Source of the DNA: Priapulus caudatus
Lineage: Eukaryota
NCBI RefSeq assembly: GCF_000485595.1
Contig: NW_014577082.1
Coordinates: 123,376 to 160,203, forward strand
Direction: 5' to 3'
DNA: 36,828 bases
The notes under the pieces were generated by a model. That model was not told where the DNA came from. It saw nothing but the letters and a program-made list of their open reading frames with translations, and ran no database searches. Shown here piece by piece: positions 11,584 to 23,198 of the stretch (position 1 is its first letter; every line of letters begins with the position of its first letter). Position numbers and translations under genes: made by a program.

Positions 11584-12232
11584 GGGCCGGTTTCACGAAG
11601 CGTGATTAACTTTAATTATGATTAAATCACTAATCATACTTAACCTCCTGTAATTATGATTAGTTAATCATACTTAAAAATCTGTTTCACGAAGCGATTT
11701 AAGTACATATTTAACTAATCACATAATTAGCCGACTTAAACATGAATTAGCACTGTTTCAAAATGGCGGACAATGCCAAAAGTACCTGCAAATTCGGTAC
11801 ATGAAAAGCGGAATTAATTTGCAATTATAATGACTAAATTAAGTACACGCTAATTCTTAGATAATTTAAATTTTCCTTGGGAAAAATGGAAGTAAAATTT
11901 ACATTTGTAAAATCTGCCGGGCCTACTTAAAGGACAGTAGCCTCTAGGATTTTCTGCATACAACTGTACTTACTGTATAACAAATCATCTATACCCACAC
12001 GTATTTGTTACCAGATACCTAATTTAATTGTTACAATTATTTACACATCAACGCCTACGAAATTTGAACGGCGCCATGACACCCGCGACGTGCTGCCCAC
12101 CCGAAAAAGTTGCGTATTTGGCAATTTATTTTGCAGGTTACAGACCGAGGGCTAATTACAAAAGTGCAATTATATTTATACCTAACAATGCTTATTTAAC
12201 GAACGATACTTCCAGTTGGGCAAAATTTTATC
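11584..12232. mobile_element. Inverted partial copy of the Harbinger+Kolobok composite (Harbinger arm 11584-11926, truncated Kolobok copy 2 from 11931)
   Basis: Reverse complement of about 6926-7560, including the same junction gcctac-ttaa-agg(g)acagtagcc. Confidence 0.88.
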
Positions 12233-13306
12233 GATTTTTCGTTTTCACTTTATTCGATGGCTAACACTAATGTGGCACCTGTGTACCATGCTCATTTTGC
12301 GCATATAACTACATGTGAAGGCCTCAGAGCGTTTTTGCTTGCCCCCGCACATGTATTAAGCAGCGGCTTGACGTCATTATTGACGTCAGAGTCAGGATAA
12401 CAACCACGATATTCACAGGTATAATAAATAAGACCAGTATCATTCAGTGGTCCCACCCTGCTACACGTGTCATTACATGTATTCATAGTACATTCATTAC
12501 ATCTGCTAGTGAATCCACCAAGTATCCCACGCCCCAAAATAGTTCTCCACACCTCGCAAGAACATCGGCAACACCGTCGGACTTACCTGTAGTGCGGCCG
12601 GTACACGGCGCGCGTGTTTGTTGATATTAGCTTTTGTGACGGTGTCAGGATGACGAGTTCGCGCGTTTCTTTGCGATGTGTAACGTAATTTCTCTCAGAA
12701 TTTCTCACAGGTGCATGGAACATTTTACCAATGTAAGTGTTGTACAGTCAGTGCATGGATATGTCGGCATGTAAATACTAAACAATAGATATATCACATA
12801 CGTTCACACCATTTTGCACACGAGGCGTCACGTCATTGTGAAAAATAGAAACGCTGATTCTTTCTTCTCCGTTTCGATTTCCTGACATAGTAGCCGATGT
12901 ATAAAATGGCAATATTTCTCTGTGATTAGCAACCGATTAATTTAATTTACACTCGTTTTTAAATGGTAACACTCTTGTGGTAAAAACGCGCGTCAGGGAT
13001 TGTTATTCCAAGTGCCGTACTTTTTATTAGTTATGCCTCTTTATTTCGCGTAAAATTTTTCTATTTTTTCAAGCACAACTGATTTTTAAAGGAGCAGTTT
13101 TTTCGAGTTTTCTCGGTACAATTATGTAAAATTAAAAAAAATCCTGACGCGCTATTCTTGGTCCATATTAGTGCTTAAACATCGTGGCAAAAATTTTTGT
13201 AGTCCTTCACACTCTTCTCTGGTAGTGAGAAAATACCAAAATACCATTTTTACATACTAAATTCAAAATTTGTTGTACATANNNNNNNNNNNNNNNNNNN
13301 NNNNNN

Positions 13307-14395
13307 CGCTATTAACATTGACCCCCTCATGCTCTTAACATTGACCCCCTCGCGCTATTAACATTGACCCCCTCGCGCTATTAACCTCGACCCCCTCGCG
13401 CTCTTAACCTCGACCCCCTCGCGCTATTAACATTGACCCCCTCGCGCATTACATGACCCCCTCATGCTTCTTAAGCATGACCCCCTCCGCTACTAACAAT
13501 TGACCCCCTCGCGCTATTAACTCGACCCCCTCGCCCGCTCGTAACTTCGACCCCCTCGCGCCCTATTAACCGCGACCCCCTCGCGTATAACATTGACCCC
13601 CTCGCGCCCTATTAACATTGACCTCCTCATGCTCTTACATTGCCCCTAGCCCCCGCTATTAACATTGACCCCCTCGCCGCTTTAACCTAAGACCCCTCAC
13701 GGGCTATTAACATTGACCCCGCGCTCTCTTAACATTACCCCTCAATGCTCTTAACCTTGACCCCAATCGCTCTAACATTGACCCCCTCGCTCTCCTAACA
13801 TTGACCCCTCGCTCTCTTAACATGACCCCTCGCCTCTCCTAACATCACCCCTCTCTCTCTAACATGTTGACCCCTCGCTGCTCCTACATCGACCCCTCTC
13901 TCTCTTAATGTGACCCCTCGCCTCTCTTAACGTTGACCCTCGCTCTCTTAACGTGACCCCCTCGTGCCTCTTAACGTTAACCCCCTCGTGCTCTTAACGT
14001 TGACCCCCTCGCTCTCTTAACATTGACCTCTCGCACTTTTAACATTGACCCCTCGTGCTCTTAACGTTGAAAACCCCTCGCTTTCTAACATTGATCCTTC
14101 GCTCTCTTAACGTTGACCTCCTCGACTTCTTAACATTGACCCCTTCGCGCTCTTAACATGACCCCTTCGCTCTCTTAACATTGACCCTCTCGCCACTTTT
14201 AAACATTGACCCCCTCGCGCTCTTAAGATTGACCCCCTCACGCCTCTTAACATTTACCCCCTCGCTCTCTTACATTGACCCCCGTGCGTCTTAACGTTGA
14301 CCCCTCGCTTTCTTAAACATTGACCCTTCGCTCTGCTTAAACATTGACCCTCGCTCTCTTAACATTGACACCCTCGTGCGCGTAACATTGACGGG

Positions 14396-14429
<34 letters not shown>

Positions 14430-14966
14430 CGGGGGGCGGGGGGCCCCTCGCTCTCTTAACAGGTGACACCCTCGTGCTCGCTAACGTTGACCCCTCGGCT
14501 CTCTCTAACGTTGACACACCCTCGTGCTCTTAACCTTGACCCTCTCGCACTTTTAACACTGACCCCTCGTGCCTCTTAACGTTGACCCCTCTCGCCCACT
14601 TTTTAACATGACCCCCTCGTTGCTCTTAACATTTACCCCCTCGCTCTCTTAAAGCATGACCCCTCGCGCGCTTAACATTTACCCCCTCGCTCTCTTAAGA
14701 TTGACCCCCTCGCCGCTCTTAACGTGATCCCCCTCGCCTTCTTAACATGACCCTTCGCTCTCTTAAACATTGACCCCCTCGCTCATGCTTAACATTGACA
14801 CCCTCGTGCCTCGTAACGTTGACCCTCCGCATCGTCTTAACGTTGACCACCCTCGCCGCTCATTAACCTTGACCCTCTCGCTCTCTTTAACATTGACCCC
14901 AGTCGCGCTCTTAACGTTGACCTCCTCGCGCTCTTCTTAAACATTGACCCCTTACGTACTCTTAAC
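13307..14966. repeat. Minisatellite of about 23 bp (ttaacattgaccccctcgctctc), roughly 70 units, interrupted by a poly-G run at about 14393-14443
   Basis: Head-to-tail units without spacers and with many indel variants. Confidence 0.96.
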
Positions 14967-14991
14967 GGATTACACAGCAGGGCGGACTCAC

Positions 14992-15237
14992 CTTGTGACC
15001 GCGAACGTGCGCTCGCGCCCGCGAACTCGCTGGAAGCGCTTTGCCGCGGTGGTTAGGAGAAGCAGGTTGCATGGGCAGGCAGGTTCGCTGGTCGAGTACG
15101 GGGCGGGAAGCGCCGGGCAGCCCGTCGCGCGGGCACCGCTATACCTCCCTGCTGCTCTGGTGTGTACGGCGTGCTGGCCGCAGCTGCCGCCGCGTGCGTG
15201 AAGCGGGCGGCTGCACGTCTGGTTCCGCACGCGTACG
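14992..15237 (-). CDS. Internal exon of a C2H2 zinc-finger protein gene (tandem C-x4-C fingers), frame disrupted by about 10 apparent indels (sequencing error or pseudogene)
   Basis: GC-rich 246-nt island with acceptor tactttgcag| and donor AAG|gtgagt. Joining the three frames gives YACGNQTCSRRFTHAAQLRQHARTH-QSSRR-YRCPRDGC...YSTSxNLxAH...KRFQ(C)EFAG(C)ERTFAVT, which fits [FY]-x-C-x4-C-x3-[FY]-x5-L-x2-H-x3-H. The two Cys of finger 3 need bases restored. Confidence 0.7.
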
Positions 15238-16246
15238 CTGCAAAGTACACGCACGCACACTTGCACGCTGCTGCCCACCTAGTGTGCTCTCCGAAATTAT
15301 AGTTATAGCAACAAGTGTTGGAATGCTAAATGCCAGCAAAATTGATCTGATACGCACACAGAGTTGCGATGGAGTTAATACGTAAGGGTATAGGCGACGT
15401 ATTACAAATTATATCATTACCCTGACATGAACCTCCGCCCCACAAGTGGTGAAATCAAATTCAATTGATGGTGCTGCCACCTAGTTATTAGGCTACAGGA
15501 GCAACTATTCTGCCGAAGAAACAAGTATCGATTATCAGTAAATAATATATATCTTGTCTTATCGAGCAAGGATTTGTGCTTGCGAAATAGTGTCCAACTT
15601 TATAGAACACCTGCCCACACCCTGACTCGGGACACGTTATTCTGCCAACAGAAATAATTACACACACATATTAGAACTGCGCATGCTCAGCGAATTTACC
15701 AACATTCAAAACTGCATACTTCTTACAGATCACATAGCACGAGTAAAAAATTAACTCTTTGAACAGCGGACAGTCCACGGACTCCCTACCCTCAAAAAGA
15801 GAGATGTCCGCAGCAAAATGAGAGTCCGTAGCTCTGGAGCGCTTGCAAAAAATCAAAATAAAGATATTAACAAGATAAACGCATGTGCATATTTTTAATG
15901 ATTCATGCAGCTGTACGTCTGCCAAAATTTTCTTTGGACATTAGGCTAAAAAAAATACCAGTAATGCCGCGAGGCCGTGCTCGCGAACCAAACTAGTAGA
16001 CGCCAGAATTCTTCAGGGAGTCACACGGACTCCTGTCAGTATGTCAAATCAAGGAGGTCCGAACAATAAATCAGGAGTAATATGACTCCCGATCCCGTTA
16101 TTTCCACCCCTGATAGGTATGTCTTTCGTCTTCACGACGCACAACCCACCCTCTTCTAACCTAGATGGACATGTTCATGTTGCCTTCAGCTTCTTGGAAG
16201 GAGTTGAACGTTTCTCGCAGCCCTCATACCCGTATTAGATGCTTGA

Positions 16247-16376
16247 ATAAGCACACCTGTCTAATTAAGCCACATCTCGTAATTAAAGCACACCTGTTAA
16301 TTAAAGCACATCTCGTATCACATATTAAAGCACATCTGCTAATTAAAGCACACCTGTAATTTAAAGCCACACCTGG
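16247..16376. repeat. Tandem repeat of about 18 bp (taattaaagcacacctgt), about 7 units
   Basis: Directly visible. Confidence 0.9.
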
Positions 16377-16595
16377 AGCCGGTTGTCAAAATAAAACGGA
16401 AAAAATTTATTAATTCGACTAATACTGCAACATGGTTTCAGCATTTTAACGTTGTACGCTCTCCTTCTTTATACGCTCTTGAACGTATGCCACTGCCAGT
16501 GGTACTGTGTAGTTTTTGCCTGCGTTAATTAGTTACAGGTGGCAGCTCTCTATTTCAGCCTGTAGCCTTGCGTAGGTAAATGGATGAGTGCTTAC

Positions 16596-16654
16596 CTATT
16601 CTGTCTTGCAAATAGTTGTTGCTACTACGTAGGATGGGAGCTTCCATCTTTAAT
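16596..16654 (-). CDS. Candidate upstream exon of the zinc-finger gene (MEAPILRSSNNYLQDRI)
   Basis: Acceptor gtgtcttcag| and donor TAG|gtaagc. It ends in phase 1, which matches the phase needed to read YACG at the start of the 15237 exon. No homology recognised. Confidence 0.3.
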
Positions 16655-17883
16655 CTGAAGACACTTAAACGTACGCGCCATCTCGTGGCAACTTTCATAA
16701 CGATCCCAACGAACATTCCTTTGAGAAGGTTCCTGATACCATCCCTGTGCCTTCCACTGTTTCGGCGTGTATGTGAACACATTTGAGACTAACAGGGTTT
16801 ACTAGAATCCCACCACTCCACCACAGAGTCACCGCAGTAGACGTTAGATGAGCGCTGTCGCTCCGCGGCACTTGTTCCTTTAACTTATATGTATAACAGT
16901 ATCGTAGGCAACGTTCTGTGTGCTGTGAGGTGACGGCGGCAGTTAATGAACGCGGGCTATAGTACTAGAGCTAACGCCACATTTACCCGCCTCTATACAG
17001 AACTAGCTACATGGCTTATAACAGTATCGTAGGCAACGCAGCGTGTGCGTGTATGCTTTGATTAACCTATTCTGTCATTAATAACCGGCTGTCACCTGTC
17101 AGCGGCGATCCATACCCGTCCGTCACGTCCGCGTTGTCGACCCCGCCGCCACCTACGAGCATGCGCACACGAGATGCGCGCGTGTATAGGATATCTTTAC
17201 CACTAGATGGCATTGGCCGATCAGAAAAATCGTTTGGGTAGCGGTGTTATCTTGTGCGGGAAGCAATGTTAGCGCGGTTAGACAGACACTAGGTACGAAC
17301 GAGTGAGTGCTCGCGGCGAACGTTGCTTGTAAAGAACCGTGAGCGTTTATTTGTATCCTGTCTTCACGTTTTCGTACGTATAGCTTATCGGTGTAGTTGA
17401 TTTTCGATCTTCGTTTTCAAAGTCCTCTTGATAGTGTGTGTGTCATGGTATAAATAGTGCAACGTGAAAAGCTATAGGCGAAACTGGTGCGTTTTATACG
17501 CGTTTCTTTTCTCCGACATTCTGAAATCCGCTTCCGAAATCCGCTTCCGAAATCGCTTGCTAACCGTATTACTGTGCCAGGCACTCAGAATATTGCTGTG
17601 GGGCGTATACACTCGCAGCCTGGATATTACGAAGATGGAAAACCTCTGTTCCGAAAGTATATTACTTAGGCGGGTTATATCGAATGCACGATGGTCGCCG
17701 GTGACGTGACTCCCTCCCATCTCGTCTGCGTGTCGCTAACTGCACTCAATCTGGTTTCAGAGACGGTCACGTAGAGTTGATGGCTGTCCCGCCCTCTATC
17801 CCGTAACCTATAATAGATGACGTAACCTGTCGTAACGTTACTTAACAGTCGGTCAGCGTCACCTAGGGTGAGCCTTATAGTAT

Positions 17884-18533
17884 CACAGGCACTTGGAACG
17901 TCTGTATAAAAAAAAAAAAGGTAAATAAACACGAAATGTATTTACTACCAAAATCTTAATGTTTCTCTACTCTATTTCGCCTGTAATCACCTGTAATAAA
18001 TGCCGGTCAAATGCTCATCTGCAACACACAAGTACACCGCACGCCCGCCCGCCCTGTGCACAAACAACATGAATAAGAGAAAGGTTTATGAGAGAGAGAG
18101 AGAGAGAGACGAGGAGAGGAGAAGTGAGAGAGATGGAGAGCTGCGAGAGAGGAAGAGACGATGGGCAGGGTGAGGGAGGTGGGGGAGGGAGAGGGAGCGA
18201 GAGAGCGAGAGAGGCGAGAACGGCGAGAGAGAGAGAGGAGGCGGCGAGGGCGGAAGAGCGGAGAGGGGAGAGAGAGGAGAGGGAGAGAGAGGAGGAGAGA
18301 GGCGCAGCGCAGAGTGATTACTGCTCTTTATTCATGCTTGTTTGGGACAGGGCGCGTGGCAGTGGCGGTGTGCTTGGTGTGTTGCAGGGATGAGCCGAGT
18401 TGACCGGCATTACAGGTGGATTATAGCGAAATAGAGTAGAGAACCGTTGAAGCTTGTGGTGTATTATGTAGAGTGGATGATTTCGTGTTTATTTACCTTT
18501 TTTTATTGAGACTTCAGATGTGTTTGCCTGTAG
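17884..18533. mobile_element. Foldback-type element: inverted arms of about 200 bp around a GA microsatellite of about 220 bp
   Basis: 17884-18080 is the reverse complement of about 18324-18533 and of 159-356. Termini are CACAGGCACTT...AAGTGCCTGTG. No TSD seen. Confidence 0.72.
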
Positions 18534-21500
18534 GTTGCGAGCACAGAGCCGTGCGCGCGGTGCATGAGCGGATAGCGGTGCTAAGCGTTGCGGGCACGTA
18601 TGATGCGTGGGGGGCCGCTGGCGTAGATACGATTTGTGCCGGGTCGGGTTTGCGAGTGTGTGTGTGTGTGTGTGTGCCTGTGGTGTTGTCTGTGGTGTGG
18701 TGTGTGCTGTGTGTGCTGCCTCGCGTGTGTGCGTCCGTGCGTGCCGGACTTGCGGTGCGTGCGTGCGTGCGTCTGCGTGCCCTGCTCGTGCGTTGCTGTG
18801 CGTGCGTCGCGTCAGCGTTGCACCACCTGCCGTTGCCTGTGCGTAGCGTGCCGTGCGTGCGTGCGTGCGTTGCGTGTCCGTGCCGCTGCGTGCTGCGTGC
18901 CGCTGCCGTTCGCGTGCGTGCGTGCTGCTTCCGCCGCTGCGGTTGCGTGCGTCGCTGGTGCCGTGCGGTGCGTGCGGTGCGTGGCCTGCGTGCCGTGCGC
19001 TGCGTGCGTAGCGGTGTGCGCTGCTGTGCGTGCCGTGCGTCGCCTGCGTGCCGTGTCAAATCCGTGCGGGTCGACAAACCCGTGCGTTTGCGTGCGCCTT
19101 TCAGCCGTGCGTGGCGTGTGTGTGTGTGTTTGCGTGTTTTGTGTCGTTGCGCCCGCTGCGTGGCGCCCCGTTGCGTGTGAATGCACGTGCGTGGGTGCCT
19201 GTGCGCCGGTATTGAGATATAGGATTGCATCGTTTGCGCTCGATCGGTAATATTGTTACTCCGGGCAGTCAATGCAGCGGCCATTCTATGAATTATAGAC
19301 AGCGAAACGCTGTCCTCAAGTGCAGATGCGCACTTAATAGGAACTAAACCTCAGATATCGAGATGAACTTGTGCGTATATGACAGTGCCTGTAGGTAGTC
19401 AGTGATGATTAGTTTGTTTACTATGCCCTAAGGTTGTACTCGCGCTTGGCCTTTTAGATGACTCATTAAAAACACACCTCCCCTCCCGAAAAAACCAAGA
19501 CTAAGAATAGTTTCAGTTACAACTTTAATTTACGGTTATACGGCATCACCATAGCCTAGTACCCTCAAACTTGTAATCTGACTCAAAAAATCCGAAATAA
19601 TGTATAAATGAAATGTAATACTTACTATATATGTATGCGTTCGCTGTGGTGTGTCCTGTGGCTGGGCTGTAGTGTGTGTGTGCCCTGCTGGTTGTGCGAT
19701 GTGTGTGTGTGCCGTCCTGTGTCCGCTGTGGTGTGCTGTGTGTGTGTGTGCGTGTGTGAGATGAGTGACGTAGTGAGTGAGTCGACGGTTGAAGCTGAGT
19801 GAGCGAGATTGATGAGTGATGGTGAGTAGACGTGACGTGAGTACTAGTGAGTGATGTGCACGCGTGATAATGAGTGACTGATCGTTGAGGATGAGGAGTG
19901 AGTGAGTGAGTGACCTGTGAGTGAGTGAGTGAGTGCAGTGCGCTGCGTGCCGTGCTGCGTGCCGTGCTGTGCGTGCGTGCGGCCGTGCGTGCCGTGCAGT
20001 GCGGTGCCGTGCGTCGGGCGTGCGTGCGTGCGTGCCGTCGTTGCGCTCCTTTGTCCGCGCGCGACGAACCGCTGTAGTATGTGTTGGCCGTCTGCGTTGT
20101 TGTGTCAGAAATATGTATCCAGTTCTATAGTGTTAGTCGAGCAAGAATCAGGTTGGATGATGATTGCGTGCCGTGCGTTTGCATGCATTGCGTGTTGAGC
20201 GTGTGGTTTGGTGTCGTGCGTGTGCGCGTGCGTTCGTGCGTGTCGACCGTTGTCTCTGACCTGCCGGAAATCATTTCTGTCAGTCAACATTATCGATACC
20301 GGATCGCCGTCCGGTTGTCGCTGCAACTGCCACCTCTAATCGTGTACGTTAAACGATCGTTTCATACACAATTGCTCGCTTCATCAGGAAAGGCTTGAGG
20401 AAAGGCCATGGCGAATCGGAAAGTCTGAAACAACTATTAGTCGGGTAGGTACTGTGCCGTGTTCTCACGTGATGACGCTCGTGCGTGTGTGGCGTGCAGG
20501 TTACTACGCCGCGTGTGAGGTTGGCAAACGCGTCGTGCGTGCGTTCTGCAGGTTCTAAGCGCCGTGTGTGAAGTGTTGGCAATCCGCTTGTTTTTTTTGG
20601 CGTGCGTCGCGTGCACTGTTACTCGCGCGTGTGTAGTGTCTGGCAAACGCCGTGCGTCGCGTGGGCCATGTGCGTGCCGTGCTTGGTGTCGTGGATGCAC
20701 ACACGTGGATCTGTGTGCTGTGACTCTGCGCTGTTGTGTGTGTGCCGTCTGCCGTGGCTCGTGCGTGCCCCCCCCGTTCGCATAAGTGTGTTGTGTGTGT
20801 GCGCGCGAGTCTGCATTCAACCGAGCCGCTGCGCTGCGCAGTCACGTGGCTGGCTATAATCGAGCTCGACAAACCATCTTTAACCACAGAGCGGAACAAG
20901 TAGCTGCACAGAGTAGTATATACTCGACCTTGTGCAGCAGCAGCTGCAGCAGATTAGCCGGTTGTCAGCATCCCTCGAGTTCAAATCCCAATGTGCCCAG
21001 TCTCGACCCCCTCCCGTGCTGCGTCGCGCCCCCCGTGTTTGCTCTGTGTACGGAGGGCAGGTGTAAATAGATATCTGACTTTATATTGCGGAGGTCTATG
21101 TCCACGTCAGTGTGTGTTACACGGCTAGCTACTGTTGACGAGGGCGACATGATCTGTGCTGTGCCAGAAGCATTATTGCAGCGTATGCCCTACCACTTTG
21201 GTAATTACTTCATGCGTGCGTGCCGGAGTGCTTGCAGGTTGCTACTTGCGCGTGTGGACTGTGTGTCGTGCGTGCGTGTGTGCCGTGCAGTGCCGGTGCG
21301 TGCAGGGTGTTATGTGCGTGTGTGTGCGTGCGTGCGTGCGTGTGCGATGTGTATATTGTGTTGGTTGTGTCGGTTTGTGTGTGTGTGTGCTGTGTGGTGT
21401 GCTGTGTGTGTGCACCTGTTTAGTGCGTGCGCCCGAGTCGTCCGCACTTCCCCGTGCGTCTGACGTTCCGTGCGTTGCAGTGCGTGCGCGCGCGCGTGTG

Positions 21501-21918
21501 TGAGTGTTTGGTTGTTGTGTTGCGCCGCCGCAGCGCGCTACCTCCCGTGTGTGAATCGTGGGCCCCCCCCCACCCCCCCCCCTCCCCCCCCCGTGAAGCG
21601 GACGACGTATACTATTTACAAAGGCATCATCGGCCTTCTTTTGCAATTCCACGTGTTCTAGGTTCTAATCGCCATCAAACAAACAAACAATACATAATTG
21701 ACTGCCACGTTCCCGCCGTGCGTTACCCGTAAATAATTGGTCGTATACGTCCGCTCGCGATTATTCGCGCCATTGTGACCCCTCGGTGGCACTCGGTCGT
21801 AACGTATTTACTCATGTGCCGTGAAACAGCACCGTCGTCACAGCATGCTGTGAATGCCAAACGCCGTTCTGAATGTTCAGCAACCGTGACTGGTCGAAAA
21901 CGTCGTTATATACTCGTT
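18090..21918 (+). repeat. Copy B of the direct duplication, insertion-rich and noisy
   Basis: Colinear with 1-3328 but about 0.5 kb longer through scattered 1-3 nt insertions. Confidence 0.93.
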
Positions 21919-21924
21919 CTTAAC

Positions 21925-22150
21925 ATATGCACACTCGCGCGCATACACCCGACGCAGCGCTACGCACGACGCACGCACCACGCACGCACGCACGCACGCA
22001 CGCAACGCACGCACGCCACGCACGCACGCACACACACACACAACAACCTACCACACATACTCATTACAGACACACAGGCCGGCCCACGCACCTCACACCA
22101 AATATATATATATATATATATAATATATATATATATATATTAATATAATT
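21925..22150. repeat. (CACG)n/(CA)n/(TA)n microsatellite
   Basis: Directly visible. Confidence 0.9.
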
Positions 22151-22944
22151 GATATGAATCAAAACGCAAACTGTGTCGGATGTGCGTGACCCGCTTGTCT
22201 AATTGCCCCCACAATCACTGACAATGTTTGCGCTGAAGTTTTAGCTTCACTACAGATACACACTAATTGTGAATGCTCTACCACGAGCGTCGCGTATATA
22301 AATCATAATCTTTTCATGTCCTAGTCATGAAATGTAGACGTCTGTCATCTCGTGTGCAGAGAGTCGCCTCGCATAGAATCTGTTAATCGCTGGCTGGCGG
22401 ATCATTGTGGTGTTAGCATATTGCGTGGCGTACAAGTGGCACACTCTGCACTGTGTGTCAAACTGGTTCAAGTTAGTCGCACATGATGCACTGCGCTCTC
22501 CATAAATATAAGCGGCTTGTTATACAATTATTGTTGCCTTGGTTACAATGCATGCTTTTGCGGGGCTGAACGTCCCTGGTCTCCGACAACATTATTTTGT
22601 GCCAACATAAAGCTAAAATACAAGAGCACCCAGGCAATAATTGTGGTTATATGTCGAAATCAGGCAGTAAATACTATTAAAGCGAGAAATCTGCCTACGA
22701 AGCGTATTTCACATTAGTAGCCTTGTAGTTTACCTAACATAACCTCATAATTTGTTAAGCATAACCTAATTATCATGAACTCAAACATTCGGCCTAAACA
22801 TTCAATAACATCTTCAGTGTCATTTTTCCCTAGCATAATCACAATCCGGAGAAAATAAACTGAAATCTTTGGCTTTCCGACAAAATACGGCCTCAACTAC
22901 GGAGGTAATAAAATCAAAACAAAACCCAAAATCAACAGCCCTTA

Positions 22945-23198
22945 AGGCCGCCGCACACCGACGATTCTTCACGCCGCATTATGATCGGCCGATAGAAATC
23001 AAGCGATATCGGTAGGTGTGCGCGTTCATTTGTAACGAATTTTTATTTTATCGTGCATCGTTCCAAATCAAACTGTTTGATTTTGAGGCCGATGACGCCG
23101 ATGACGTTTTAAAGGCGCGCGCCAACCTACATCGCCTTCATCGCTCTCATCGCTTCATCGCGTCATCGTTTGTAAAATCGGCTGGTGTGCGGCGGCCT
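22945..23198. mobile_element. PIF/Harbinger (Tourist-like) MITE, complete, 254 bp
   Basis: Perfect 15-bp TIR AGGCCGCCGCACACC with TTA TSD at 22942-22944 and 23199-23201. Confidence 0.9.

Noticed and set aside
12711..12732. Plus-strand 22-nt micro-exon (tttctcacag|…|gtaagt)
   Set aside because: Splice motifs only, with no partner exons supported on that strand.
13307..14966. CRISPR-like array of about 23-bp repeats
   Set aside because: The units are head-to-tail with no unique spacers, there are no cas genes, and the context is eukaryotic. It is a minisatellite.
14988..15278. The single open frame (…PACPCNLLLLTTAAKRFQRVRGRERTF) as a glycosyltransferase-like protein
   Set aside because: The resemblance is superficial. 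The multi-frame zinc-finger pattern explains the sequence much better.
15279..15346. Hydrophobic candidate exon SILLAFSIPTLVAITII
   Set aside because: It would need a 41-nt intron with a weak donor (gtgggc), and a membrane segment does not fit a zinc-finger factor.
17445..17665. THAP-domain remnant (…LW…NLCSE)
   Set aside because: The conserved N-terminal Cys pair and the His-Phe are missing, and no transposase follows.
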